Source of the DNA: Octopus bimaculoides
Lineage: Eukaryota
NCBI RefSeq assembly: GCF_001194135.2
Contig: NC_068986.1
Coordinates: 14,472,656 to 14,536,655 of the forward strand
DNA: 64,000 nucleotides
Reading direction: 5' to 3'
The notes under the pieces are model-generated. The model was given only the letters and a program-made list of their open reading frames with translations. It was not told where the DNA came from and did no database searches. A program made the position numbers and the translations under genes. Shown here piece after piece: positions 38,143-50,745 of this stretch. How positions within the stretch are numbered: the stretch's first letter is position 1; each line of letters opens with the position of its first letter.

Positions 38143-38940
38143 TTAAAAGGTTTTTCTTATATTTTTATAATTTAAGGAACAAATCGTACTAGCAATTTCA
38201 CGCTTAATGTCAGATGAGAGATTAGCTAATTTGATTTTGAGTTTGGTGTTAGGGATGTAGAAAATATGATCATGAAAGCCGCTTGATTTTAGGGCTCGAT
38301 TATAAAATAAGGCACGTTCATTAAAGATCTCGTTTCCTGATAGGTTGGAGATCGTAATAGAGATAGCTGTAATAATACTAACGAGGGACAATTTTGGATG
38401 ATTAGGTTTCCAGTAAAGGTAATATAGCTCGGTGTTTAAATTTAGTGTGATATCCAAAAAAATTCAGAATTTTTGTGTTTGTATCAAATATAATATTGAG
38501 ATTTTAAAAATTCAACATAAATTTTCTTAATGACTTCTTTGTACGTTCAACTTCCGGTTTAGATAATCCATTTACTGCTAAGAGAGAGTCATCCCTATAG
38601 AGCCAATAAGATACGTTTGGAAAACTAGCCTTAATTTAGGAAACGACATACAGCCCCACAAGTTCTGCCATCTGGGCCCAATCTGACAAACCCATAGTGA
38701 TATAAAAGTAGTTCATAGATTAACTTCTAATCCAGTATCGCTCATAAAATTTAATTAATGCCTTTTCGCTGCCGAAATTATGTTAGTATCGGATCGAGAG
38801 ATATTAATGAAATCATGGGCAAAAATTAAAGCCTTATTCAATAAGATAAGGGAGATAGAAGAATAATAAATCGAAATGTCAAATTATATAAATCGAGTGT
38901 TTTGCTTACCTTCAAGGGAATGGAACCATGTTATTCCATA
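38143..38940 (-). pseudogene. Penelope-like element RT remnant
   Basis: Minus strand: FDISIYYSSIS, ITMGLSDWAQMAELVGLY, WLYRDD (YRDD at 38588-38599), NFLDITLNLNT..YWKPN, ISNLSGNEIFNERALFYNRALKSSGF. Confidence 0.9.
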
Positions 38941-39787
38941 AAGGGAATTTAACTTTATTTTTGACAAATGGTATTATTCTCTCTCTCTCTCTCTCTCTNN
39001 NNNNNNNNNNNNNNNNNNNNNNNNNNNNNNNNNNNNNNNNNNNNNNNNNNNNNNNNNNNNNNNNNNNNNNNNNNNNNNNNNNNNNNNNNNNNNNNNNNNN
39101 NNNNNNNNNNNNNNNNNNNNNNNNNNNNNNNNNNNNNNNNNNNNNNNNNNNNNNNNNNNNNNNNNNNNNNNNNNNNNNNNNNNNNNNNNNNNNNNNNNNN
39201 NNNNNNNNNNNNNNNNNNNNNNNNNNNNNNNNNNNNNNNNNNNNNNNNNNNNNNNNNNNNNNNNNNNNNNNNNNNNNNNNNNNNNNNNNNNNNNNNNNNN
39301 NNNNNNNNNNNNNNNNNNNNNNNNNNNNNNNNNNNNNNNNNNNNNNNNNNNNNNNNNNNNNNNNNNNNNNNNNNNNNNNNNNNNNNNNNNNNNNNNNNNN
39401 NNNNNNNNNNNNNNNNNNNNNNNNNNNNNNNNNNNNNNNNNNNNNNNNNNNNNNNNNNNNNNNNNNNNNNNNNNNNNNNNNNNNNNNNNNNNNNNNNNNN
39501 NNNNNNNNNNNNNNNNNNNNNNNNNNNNNNNNNNNNNNNNNNNNNNNNNNNNNNNNNNNNNNNNNNNNNNNNNNNNNNNNNNNNNNNNNNNNNNNNNNNN
39601 NNNNNNNNNNNNNNNNNNNNNNNNNNNNNNNNNNNNNNNNNNNNNNNNNNNNNNNNNNNNNNNNNNNNNNNNNNNNNNNNNNNNNNNNNNNNNNNNNNNN
39701 NNNNNNNNNNNNNNNNNNNNNNNNNNNNNNNNNNNNNNNNNNNNNNNNNNNNNNNNNNNNNNNNNNNNNNNNNNNNNNNNNNNATAT

Positions 39788-39818
<31 letters not shown>

Positions 39819-39846
39819 CATACATACATATATATATATATGTATG

Positions 39847-39880
<34 letters not shown>

Positions 39881-41616
39881 TAGTGTTAGTTGAAAGTGAA
39901 GAAGAGAAGTAAACAAGAGTAGATGTGTAAAGGGAGGTAGAGGGGCAAAATATGTACAAAAACGTTAAGTTTCTCTGTAAAATGGATCGTCTCATGTCAA
40001 GCATTCGCATGTGTGTTTAGATACTTTCCATCAGAGAGTGATGTGTTCATTAACGTATGCTGGGATAGTATTCAGAAAATGATGGATGAGGACACACCGA
40101 TATATATTGTATGTCCACAGTTTGTTTATCATTAAATTGTTAGATATTACCACTAAAATAAACGATGAAGCAAAGCGTTGTGTAAATTATACCTATATAC
40201 ATGCATACATACTTACATACATACATATATACATACGTACATACATACATATACGTGTATGTATGTGTGTACGTGTGTGTCCACTTCCTCCCTCCACCAT
40301 CCTCTCTGCTCTCGTGTGACCTGTGGTCAACTTTCTTTTCACTCCAGCCGCTGTGAAGGCAAGACGAACTACTAGCGTTCTACCTCAGATTTGCGTTTGG
40401 CCGTACGGCTTTTGAATGTTGTTTTCACTGTCCATTTTTTCCTGTCTTGGTTTGTGTTTGCCACCTTGGAATCCTCTGTGTAGTGGGTTGATCCACTACT
40501 CAGGAAGAGACTATTCTAGAGTACGTTCTGTCTTGTCTTCGAAACGTCTAGATAGAATAGAGACAGCTGATGAAGGNNNNNNNNNNNNNNNNNNNNNNNN
40601 NNNNNNNNNNNNNNNNNNNNNNNNNNNNNNNNNNNNNNNNNNNNNNNNNNNNNNNNNNNNNNNNNNNNNNNNNNNNNNNNNNNNNNNNNNNNNNNNNNNN
40701 NNNNNNNNNNNNNNNNNNNNNNNNNNNNNNNNNNNNNNNNNNNNNNNNNNNNNNNNNNNNNNNNNNNNNNNNNNNNNNNNNNNNNNNNNNNNNNNNNNNN
40801 NNNNNNNNNNNNNNNNNNNNNNNNNNNNNNNNNNNNNNNNNNNNNNNNNNNNNNNNNNNNNNNNNNNNNNNNNNNNNNNNNNNNNNNNNNNNNNNNNNNN
40901 NNNNNNNNNNNNNNNNNNNNNNNNNNNNNNNNNNNNNNNNNNNNNNNNNNNNNNNNNNNNNNNNNNNNNNNNNNNNNNNNNNNNNNNNNNNNNNNNNNNN
41001 NNNNNNNNNNNNNNNNNNNNNNNNNNNNNNNNNNNNNNNNNNNNNNNNNNNNNNNNNNNNNNNNNNNNNNNNNNNNNNNNNNNNNNNNNNNNNNNNNNNN
41101 NNNNNNNNNNNNNNNNNNNNNNNNNNNNNNNNNNNNNNNNNNNNNNNNNNNNNNNNNNNNNNNNNNNNNNNNNNNNNNNNNNNNNNNNNNNNNNNNNNNN
41201 NNNNNNNNNNNNNNNNNNNNNNNNNNNNNNNNNNNNNNNNNNNNNNNNNNNNNNNNNNNNNNNNNNNNNNNNNNNNNNNNNNNNNNNNNNNNNNNNNNNN
41301 NNNNNNNNNNNNNNNNNNNNNNNNNNNNNNNNNNNNNNNNNNNNNNNNNNNNNNNNNNNNNNNNNNNNNNNNNNNNNNNNNNNNNNNNNNNNNNNNNNNN
41401 NNNNNNNNNNNNNNNNNNNNNNNNNNNNNNNNNNNNNNNNNNNNNNNNNNNNNNNNNNNNNNNNNNNNNNNNNNNNNNNNNNNNNNNNNNNNNNNNNNNN
41501 NNNNNNNNNNNNNNNNNNNNNNNNNNNNNNNNNNNNNNNNNNNNNNNNCATTTCATGCCATATTCCTTTATTAGAAAGGTTTATTACTATTGCACACACA
41601 TTCTCATTTATTATTT

Positions 41617-41815
41617 TTTTTTACTTGTTTCAGTCATTTGACTGCGGCCATGCTGGAGCTCCGCCTTTATTTGAGCACATCGACCCTGGGACTTATTCTT
41701 TGGAAGCCTAATACTTATTCTATCGATCTCTTTTGCCGAACCGCTAAGTTACGCTGACATAAACAAACCAGCATCAGTTGTCAAGTAATGCTAGGGTGAC
41801 AAACACAGACACACA

Positions 41816-41855
<40 letters not shown>
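41617..41855 (-). mobile_element. SINE-A 3' half, running into a gap
   Basis: ttacttgtttcagtcatttgactgcggccatgctggagc...gacaaacacagac, then (CA)n. Confidence 0.9.
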
Positions 41856-43294
41856 NNNNNNNNNNNNNNNNNNNNNNNNNNNNNNNNNNNNNNNNNNNNN
41901 NNNNNNNNNNNNNNNNNNNNNNNNNNNNNNNNNNNNNNNNNNNNNNNNNNNNNNNNNNNNNNNNNNNNNNNNNNNNNNNNNNNNNNNNNNNNNNNNNNNN
42001 NNNNNNNNNNNNNNNNNNNNNNNNNNNNNNNNNNNNNNNNNNNNNNNNNNNNNNNNNNNNNNNNNNNNNNNNNNNNNNNNNNNNNNNNNNNNNNNNNNNN
42101 NNNNNNNNNNNNNNNNNNNNNNNNNNNNNNNNNNNNNNNNNNNNNNNNNNNNNNNNNNNNNNNNNNNNNNNNNNNNNNNNNNNNNNNNNNNNNNNNNNNN
42201 NNNNNNNNNNNNNNNNNNNNNNNNNNNNNNNNNNNNNNNNNNNNNNNNNNNNNNNNNNNNNNNNNNNNNNNNNNNNNNNNNNNNNNNNNNNNNNNNNNNN
42301 NNNNNNNNNNNNNNNNNNNNNNNNNNNNNNNNNNNNNNNNNNNNNNNNNNNNNNNNNNNNNNNNNNNNNNNNNNNNNNNNNNNNNNNNNNNNNNNNNNNN
42401 NNNNNNNNNNNNNNNNNNNNNNNNNNNNNNNNNNNNNNNNNNNNNNNNNNNNNNNNNNNNNNNNNNNNNNNNNNNNNNNNNNNNNNNNNNNNNNNNNNNN
42501 NNNNNNNNNNNNNNNNNNNNNNNNNNNNNNNNNNNNNNNNNNNNNNNNNNNNNNNNNNNNNNNNNNNNNNNNNNNNNNNNNNNNNNNNNNNNNNNNNNNN
42601 NNNNNNNNNNNNNNNNNNNNNNNNTATATATATATATATTTATTTATATATAGTATATAATACAAATTGCTTATTATTGACAGAAGCAGTATTAACACCA
42701 AACAGTAATTTTTATATCCAACTTAACATGGATGCCTTGTTAAAACACCGAATACTCTGTTATTCGCCTTGAAAGGTCCTCTCATATAGGTGCTTTGTGT
42801 ACACAAAAACACACAGAGCGGCTGTAGCAGATCATATATATGTATATAAAGTTAGCATATGAGATATATTGTATATATGAATATGTTAAATACATAGGTT
42901 ATAGAATGTATATGTTATCGCCTTGTGCGTACAAGTACAACAGAAACTATATATACAATCCCCTGACAATTACACAATATTAAAATATACTGTATGATAT
43001 CTACAAAACTTTCTTATGAATTATTCCAATATAGTGTTCAGGAACGAAGTACCTCACGTATTATTATCAAGCCGCTATATGGAAATCCGTTAATATTTTA
43101 CGATATTATAGGTGTCACATTTACATTAAAGTAACATTAAGTGAAACTGAAAATAATAATTTCGGCGCAGAGAAATGGAACAGACCACATTTACAAAGGT
43201 GGAGACAAAGCTGATAAAACGCAACACATCATAGAAAGGAAAGAGACTCACATGAGTGATGGATTTTGGCCGAAAACCTGAACTTTCTGGAAGG

Positions 43295-43470
43295 AGAGTA
43301 AGTGGATTACATCGACGACTCCAGTAATCAAATTGTACTTATTTTTTTATCTCTGAAAGATGTAAAGCAGGAGCCACCTCGGAGGAATTTTAACTCAGAT
43401 TATAAGGACGGACGAAATGCAGCTAAGTATTTTATCCGGCTTGCAAATGATTCCGCCCACTCGCCGCCTT
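43295..43470 (-). mobile_element. SINE-C, diverged
   Basis: Minus strand aaggcggcgagtgggcggaatc...ctgagttaaaattcctccgagg. Confidence 0.75.
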
Positions 43471-43487
43471 AATCTTAAAACAATATT

Positions 43488-43712
43488 GGTTTCAAATTAC
43501 GGTACAAGTCCAGCAATTTCCGGGAAGTGGATGAGTTGATTAATGTCACCCCCCACCCAGTGCTCAACTGGTAACTATTTTAGCCGCCCCCGAAACGATA
43601 AAAGGCAAAGTCGGCTTCGGAGTGATTTGAACTCAGTACGAAATACTGCTAAGCATAAGACGGACGAAATGCCGCTAAGCATATTCTCCTGCGTGCTAAT
43701 GATACTTCCAGC
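43488..43712 (-). mobile_element. SINE-C with tail ending aatttgaaaccaa and a small internal duplication
   Basis: ttggtttcaaatt...aaaggcaaagtcggc...tttgaactcag; gctaagcata is duplicated. Confidence 0.75.
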
Positions 43713-43722
43713 TCGCTCCCTC

Positions 43723-44109
43723 TAGCTTGCTTAGCAACCACGTGTTTGTGGGTTCAGTCCTACTGCCTGGCACCTTGACCATGTGTCTTCTACAATAGCC
43801 TAGGACCGACCAAAGCCTTGTGAGTGGATTTGGTAGACGGAAACTGAAAGAAGCGCGTCGTATATATTTGTATATATAGATGTATGTATATGTGTGCGTT
43901 TGTGTGTCTGTGTTTGTCTCCCTCTAACATCGCTTGACAACCGATCGTGGCGTAACTACGTCTCTGTAACTTAGCGGTTCGGCAAAATATGCCGATAGAA
44001 TAAGTACTAGGTTTACAAAGAATAAATACTGGGGGCGATTTTTTCTCGACTAGAAGCGTTGCTCCAGCATGGCCGCAGCCAAATGTCTGAAACAATTAAA
44101 AGAAAAGAA
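43723..44109 (+). mobile_element. SINE-A, slightly 5' truncated
   Basis: tagcttgcttagcaaccac...ggatttggtagacggaaactgaaagaagc, (TA/TG) tract, ...gctccagcatggccgcagccaaatgtctgaaac. Confidence 0.92.
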
Positions 44110-44433
44110 TAATATTACATTAAATAATATTATACCTACAGCAGCTTCCACATAACGGAGAGGTACCTTAATGAATTGTACATTTAAACAAATAATCTAT
44201 TGCTTCGTTGGACAAATTTGTTCGTTTGTTTTACTACTTTCCAAATTTATTTGAATGAACAAGAAAAATATATTTATCATAGTATTTGGTGGTTCTCTTG
44301 CAAGTCCTATTGTTTCTCATTGTTGTTACTTCAATTCACTTTACCTCTTTTCAGAAATAGGAAATAAAAACGAATTTACATTATTTACATTATTTATATT
44401 TGACAGATATTTGTCGTCATCTTGTTTGTTGTT

Positions 44434-44479
44434 AACACAAATTTTCGACTGATATAACTTCCAGCCTTCATCAGGTGTC
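44434..44479 (-). ncRNA. Minimal type I hammerhead motif, core intact
   Basis: Minus strand GACAC-CUGAUGA-A-GGCUG(gaaguuauau)CAGUC-GAAA-AU-UU-GUGUU: 5-bp stem I, 5-bp stem II, loopless palindromic stem III (AAUU). Confidence 0.7.
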
Positions 44480-44526
44480 TTGGAGAAATTTCGAACCTGG
44501 CTTCTCATTCCTAAGGTATTATTCGG

Positions 44527-44588
<62 letters not shown>

Positions 44589-44812
44589 GTAGTAGTAGTA
44601 GTAGTAGTAGTAGTTGTATTAGTAGTAGTAGTAGTCGTGTTGTTGTTTTTGTTACTATTATTATTATTATAATTATAATTATTATTATTCAGATCACTGC
44701 CTGGAATCGAACTCGGAATCTTGGGGTTAGTAGCCTGTGCTCTTAATGACTGCGCCATATGCCAGTGGGCATATACCTTAGGAATGAGAACCCAGGTTCG
44801 AAATTTCCCCAA

Positions 44813-44857
44813 GACCCTCATGAAGGCTGGGGGGTATATCAGCCGAAACGTTGTGTT
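44813..44857 (+). ncRNA. Minimal hammerhead motif, core mutated (CUCAUGA)
   Basis: gacc-CUCAUGA-A-GGCUG(ggggguauau)CAGCC-GAAA-CG-UU-GUGUU. Confidence 0.55.
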
Positions 44858-45169
44858 AACAACAAACAAGATGAGGACAAATATCCGTCAAAAGTAAATA
44901 ATGTAAATAATGTACATAATTCCTCATCTCTTAAATATTGAACTGCACAAACGAATGTATCTGACAACTCTATAAAAGTATTTCAAGCAAGTATTCTAAA
45001 GCTGATAAAAACCGATTAAACTTAGCTTGTACAAAATTATAGCAGGAACATACTTTATTAGAAAACTAGGACAATGCAACGATTGTGATAATAGAAAAAT
45101 AATTAGGAAAGACGGAGATGTACTTGCATAGCAATGACCTGATCTGAGATCGTGTGCTGGAACGAAAAC

Positions 45170-45421
45170 AATTGCAGCGTGGAAGGTGTTTATAAGCCAT
45201 TTAAGAAACACAGAAGAACTGATAGATTGACTTCAACACTTAAATTTAATTTGTTAAAATATTTTCGTCGCTTTGAGATGCAGCACGAAATTTTGTCAGT
45301 GAATAGGTTGCGGTCACAAGGTGATGAAACTATTTTGGCAAATTAAATTTAAATGTTAAGTGAATCTAACGGTTTTTGTGTGTTTCTTAAATGGCTTATA
45401 AACACCTTCCACGCTGCAATT
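45170..45421. mobile_element. Fold-back element H (MITE-like)
   Basis: Perfect 43-bp inverted repeat at 45170-45212 and 45379-45421; pairing continues imperfectly toward the centre. Confidence 0.92.
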
Positions 45422-45927
45422 AAGAAAGAGAGAATAGAAAAGTAATTTGTATAACAGATAAACAACTTATTTTCCCCTATTTTAAGGTAGCAATAGAATA
45501 CACGCCAGGAAACATACTACAATGAAGTATAAATCTTGGCTCGTTACAAAACAACAGGAAAGCTTGGAATTTAGAAATACATCATAATGAGAAGAGAAAA
45601 ACACGTCTGTGACTTATGTCTCTCAAGACCTAACAGAAAGATGTAGAATGAAAGCAAACTTATCTGAGTTAAAAATGGAAGCAGATGATGTGTTTTTCCC
45701 TTGAACAGACCCAGTGACATACTGTGAAGAATTCCAATGGGGAGTAAGGAAATCAAAATTCTAGTATCGGTCAAAATTGCTGTCCTTTTGGGTTATATTT
45801 TCGTGGTGAACACAGTTCCAAATGCAACTGAGAGTAAGACTGTTCAAAAAATATTTTACACACTGCATGAGATGATTATTTGCAGGAGTTAGTTCAATTA
45901 AAATAAAGAATGTAGGAATCAGAGCTA

Positions 45928-46078
45928 CAGTCGTGTCCAAAAGTTTGGAATCGGTCTGAAAATTAGAAATTTTATATCAAATGACCAAATATATACGTTG
46001 TATATATCTGAATAGAATTGTGCTTGGGTATAACAATTTTAATTTTAAAGAAATGTTCTGAACTTTTGGCCATGTCTA
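45928..46078. mobile_element. Tc1-type MITE, 151 bp
   Basis: TA|CAGTCGTGTCCAAAAGTTTGGAA ... TTCTGAACTTTTGGCCATGTCTA|TA; 17 of 23 TIR positions match, Tc1-like terminus, TA on both sides. Confidence 0.6.
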
Positions 46079-47136
46079 TACAGATATTCTTTGAATTTTT
46101 TCAAGACACGCAACTACATCGAATAACTAATAAGCACAATTCTCCAGAGATAACCAATCAAAACAAGGTAGACAAAAGAATTTTATTAGAATTTTGACCA
46201 AATTTATTTATAAATAGTTAAAAGCCATTCCGGTGTTCATTACATTGATACAGAAAACAAATATAAGCATAAGACTTGAGCCGAATAATATATATGTGAT
46301 AAACATTATTCATGTACGCAGCGGATATGATAATATAAAGCAAACTTATGTCATTGATTGGTGAATATCGAAATTAAGGCTGCAAAGAATGAATGTTAAA
46401 ATATATTTAGTTGCGCTGTAAATAGAACAAATGGAGGTAGTGTCGTATAATATTCAAATGGTATAGAATTATTGTTACCGATGAACACAGCAATAATAAT
46501 ATTAATAGTATAGATATCACTATTTCCTGTCGCTATTTATTCAGTGACAGCAAATTTGGTTTCTGTTCTCACTGGGATTTGGCATCATTCCATCGTACAT
46601 AACTAACGCGGAGCCAGCGATAAATTTATCAACTGTTTGCTAAACCTCTTACAAGCGACAGAAATGTCTGACATGTATTGTAGAAATACGGTTAAGAGAA
46701 CTTCACTTTAATAACCACACATAAAAGCGGCGACACTATCAACATTGTACAAAAAGAGATATCAAATCACAACATTATGATACGTAATTCCATTACTCAG
46801 TTGATCAGTTTCTTATTCGCTTCTATACTCACAAAAAATAGACTACACAGGATTAAATAAACACGGAATGAGTACAAAAGATAGAGTTTTCCATCATAGA
46901 ATAGAAACTAGAAGCGTAAATTAATTTATATAACAGATAATCCTCGCAGCAAGGAAACTATAATAATCCAGGTGGTGGTATGCAATCTTCTAGAAAAACT
47001 ATCACAGAAAGATACATCATGAATAATAAATAGAAATAACTGCAAGAAAAGGAATTAACAAATACGGTTTGAAACAGTCGAATGCTTAAAACAAAACAAC
47101 TATGCGTGCTTCATATTAAGTCTTAATGGTGTAGTA

Positions 47137-47292
47137 TTGGTTTCAAATTTTGGCAAAGAGGTTGTGATTACGAAAGATGGGGCTAAGCCGATACCGAACT
47201 TATGATAGGCAAAGTCGACCACGGCGGATTTGAAATTGGAGCGTGTAGCGGGGGAAATGCAGCTAAGCGCTTTCCCGGTGCGCTATCGATTC
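47137..47292 (-). mobile_element. SINE-C, diverged and deleted
   Basis: ttggtttcaaattttggc...ggcaaagtcgaccacggcggatttgaa...gctaagcgctttcccggtgcgcta.gattctgcca. Confidence 0.7.
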
Positions 47293-47309
47293 TGCCACCT
47301 CAACAAACT

Positions 47310-47770
<461 letters not shown>

Positions 47771-50073
47771 GGAATCAAGAAGGTGAGTACGAAAATATAT
47801 TAGTTTGATTTGCCTTCGAGTAAACAGTAGCACACCTGCTCAAGTATATTGCATTAGACACTTCGATTTATTGCTTTAGCTTCTAAAAGGAAGGCCGTAA
47901 GGATATATAAGTCCTAAGTGGAATCCCTGTATGATTTGTAGGCTCTTGGTACCCTCATTCCTGGGATAATTGAGAAAAGATAAGGGACATAAGCATAGTC
48001 AAAGTTTAACGTGAAAAATGATAAAAAGAAAAGGCTAGAGATTTGCCAAACATCCAGTTCAACATCATTCATTGTTCCTTATGAGATAAACCAAATAGCA
48101 GACGTGCACAAACAAGCAGGAAAATATAATAAAATGGCCAAGGGGAAACTGAAAGAAAAATGAAAGACAAAAAAAGAGAAGAAAAGGCAAAACGAATCGC
48201 CATTGCATTCGGTCCATTCAAACGTCATTTATTAGAGGTTTAGGAAAAGCTGAGGGGAAACTAAATAGAATGTTATCAATGCAATGCAAGAGTAGAGTTG
48301 GCTTCCTACACCTTAGCCATAACTCAAAGAGATACCGGTAGGAGAAGAATGAGAGAGGGGACGAAATGGTGTCAGGAGATAGAGAGAAAAAAGGAAAGCT
48401 AGAAAGATAAGTAAATATATAGATTGATTGATGGGGGGGATGAATAGGTATATACATTCGTACATACATATTTACATACATCAATACATGCATACGTACA
48501 TACAGATTTACACACACACTCACATATCTCTATAAACACGCACACGCATGCACACACACACACACATGCACGTATTTCTATATATACACACACAGAGATG
48601 TATATTTTTTTATATCTATATATACGTACAAATATATGTCTGTATATAGGTATTTTATATCTGCATACATATACACAACATAAACATACATATACAAGTA
48701 TATCTGTGTGTATGTATATGTATATATATATATATATATATANNNNNNNNNNNNNNNNNNNNNNNNNNNNNNNNNNNNNNNNNNNNNNNNNNNNNNNNNN
48801 NNNNNNNNNNNNNNNNNNNNNNNNNNNNNNNNNNNNNNNNNNNNNNNNNNNNNNNNNNNNNNNNNNNNNNNNNNNNNNNNNNNNNNNNNNNNNNNNNNNN
48901 NNNNNNNNNNNNNNNNNNNNNNNNNNNNNNNNNNNNNNNNNNNNNNNNNNNNNNNNNNNNNNNNNNNNNNNNNNNNNNNNNNNNNNNNNNNNNNNNNNNN
49001 NNNNNNNNNNNNNNNNNNNNNNNNNNNNNNNNNNNNNNNNNNNNNNNNNNNNNNNNNNNNNNNNNNNNNNNNNNNNNNNNNNNNNNNNNNNNNNNNNNNN
49101 NNNNNNNNNNNNNNNNNNNNNNNNNNNNNNNNNNNNNNNNNNNNNNNNNNNNNNNNNNNNNNNNNNNNNNNNNNNNNNNNNNNNNNNNNNNNNNNNNNNN
49201 NNNNNNNNNNNNNNNNNNNNNNNNNNNNNNNNNNNNNNNNNNNNNNNNNNNNNNNNNNNNNNNNNNNNNNNNNNNNNNNNNNNNNNNNNNNNNNNNNNNN
49301 NNNNNNNNNNNNNNNNNNNNNNNNNNNNNNNNNNNNNNNNNNNNNNNNNNNNNNNNNNNNNNNNNNNNNNNNNNNNNNNNNNNNNNNNNNNNNNNNNNNN
49401 NNNNNNNNNNNNNNNNNNNNNNNNNNNNNNNNNNNNNNNNNNNNNNNNNNNNNNNNNNNNNNNNNNNNNATATATATATATATAACCATACACACATACA
49501 CAAACAGACACACACATATATATATATATATATATAGTGATAGATAGATAGAAAGATAGATAGATAAATAGATAGATAGACAGTTAGATAGATGCATAGA
49601 TGCACACACACACATACACATGCATGCATAAATGAAAACACACACACACACACGCACACACACATATATGTATATAGGAGATGGCATCCAAAAGTAACCA
49701 ACATTCTGCAATATTATTTAATTCACTTTTATCGCATTAAAATTATTCACCAGTTGAAACAATGCCCTCCGAACAAACTCGTTTTCGATTAGACAAAGCA
49801 GTGCTGCATCTCTTGCGAAATGGTTCTTTTTAACGGCTCCGTAGATATATATTTACATACATCAATACATCCATACATATTAACACACACTCTCACATAT
49901 ATCTATACACACACACACACACACACACGTTTTTCTATATATACACACATTTATGTATATTTTTTATATCTATATATACTTTCAAATATATGTCTGTATA
50001 CATTTACAGAGCATAAATACACTATACAATTATATATATACATGCATGTGTGTATGTATGCGTATGTATAAAC

Positions 50074-50745
50074 CTGTAAATTCCACAGCACCAGCTTTCC
50101 TCACCAGAGATGACCCTCTAAAAAGCGTACAGACCAATTTCCAACCCATCTTTCATTTCAAGACATGCATTCAGTCCAGACTGCTTTAGAGCTTCTGTGA
50201 GCAAACGAGGCACAAATTTTGCATGCGTAATTCCTCGCTCAAAATTCGTTGTCAGGATCTCCAGGACATACCAGTCATATCAACAAGTTCGTCAATTTTT
50301 CGGCAACGGTCCTCCAAGTTCAGTTCATGGATTGTTCTGATGTTTTTATTCGTTTGAGAGGTCGATGGTTGCCCTGAACGAGGTTGGTCCTCACATGACA
50401 AGTGACCATTCCTAAAGCGTGAATACCATTCGTAAGCTTGTGTTTTGCTCATAGAAGCATTTCTGTAAGTTATTTGAATCATGTTTGGGCTACCGTTTTC
50501 TCCAACAGGAAACAGAATTTCACGGAAGCTGTTTCTTCGTTTCAGCGATCGCAAAAATCGACGAACAGGATAGACGACCTGCAATACAAAGACACACGAC
50601 GTCGCAGTATTATCCCGAATTAGAACGCCGGTCGGCACCCTGATGCCTGAGGGGCGCATCAAGTAGCTTCTAGTGGTGGAAACCTGAACTGCAGTGGGTT
50701 TCTCCCACATAGAAAAGTTTCCGGTTACCTTCGGGTACCTGTCTA
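50074..50745 (-). mobile_element. Second mariner copy of the same family, 3' truncated
   Basis: Minus strand MSKTQAYEWYSRFRNGHLSCEDQPRSGQPSTS...IDELVDMTGMSW, later VISGEESWCC; upstream non-coding region is homologous to 31640-31816. Confidence 0.9.

Larger units (their letters stand above)
44376..44944. mobile_element. Element E, head-to-head palindromic dimer
   Basis: Arms 44376-44519 and 44773-44914 are inverted repeats of ~143 bp; (TAT/TAG)n at 44520-44688; minus-strand tRNA-like head 44689-44763; symmetry centre ATATGCC-agtg-GGCATAT at 44757-44774. Confidence 0.92.

Noticed and set aside
40495-40576. GAAACGTC and CTGATGAAGG hammerhead-like words
   Set aside because: First has a mutated core and poor stems; second is cut off by the gap at 40577.
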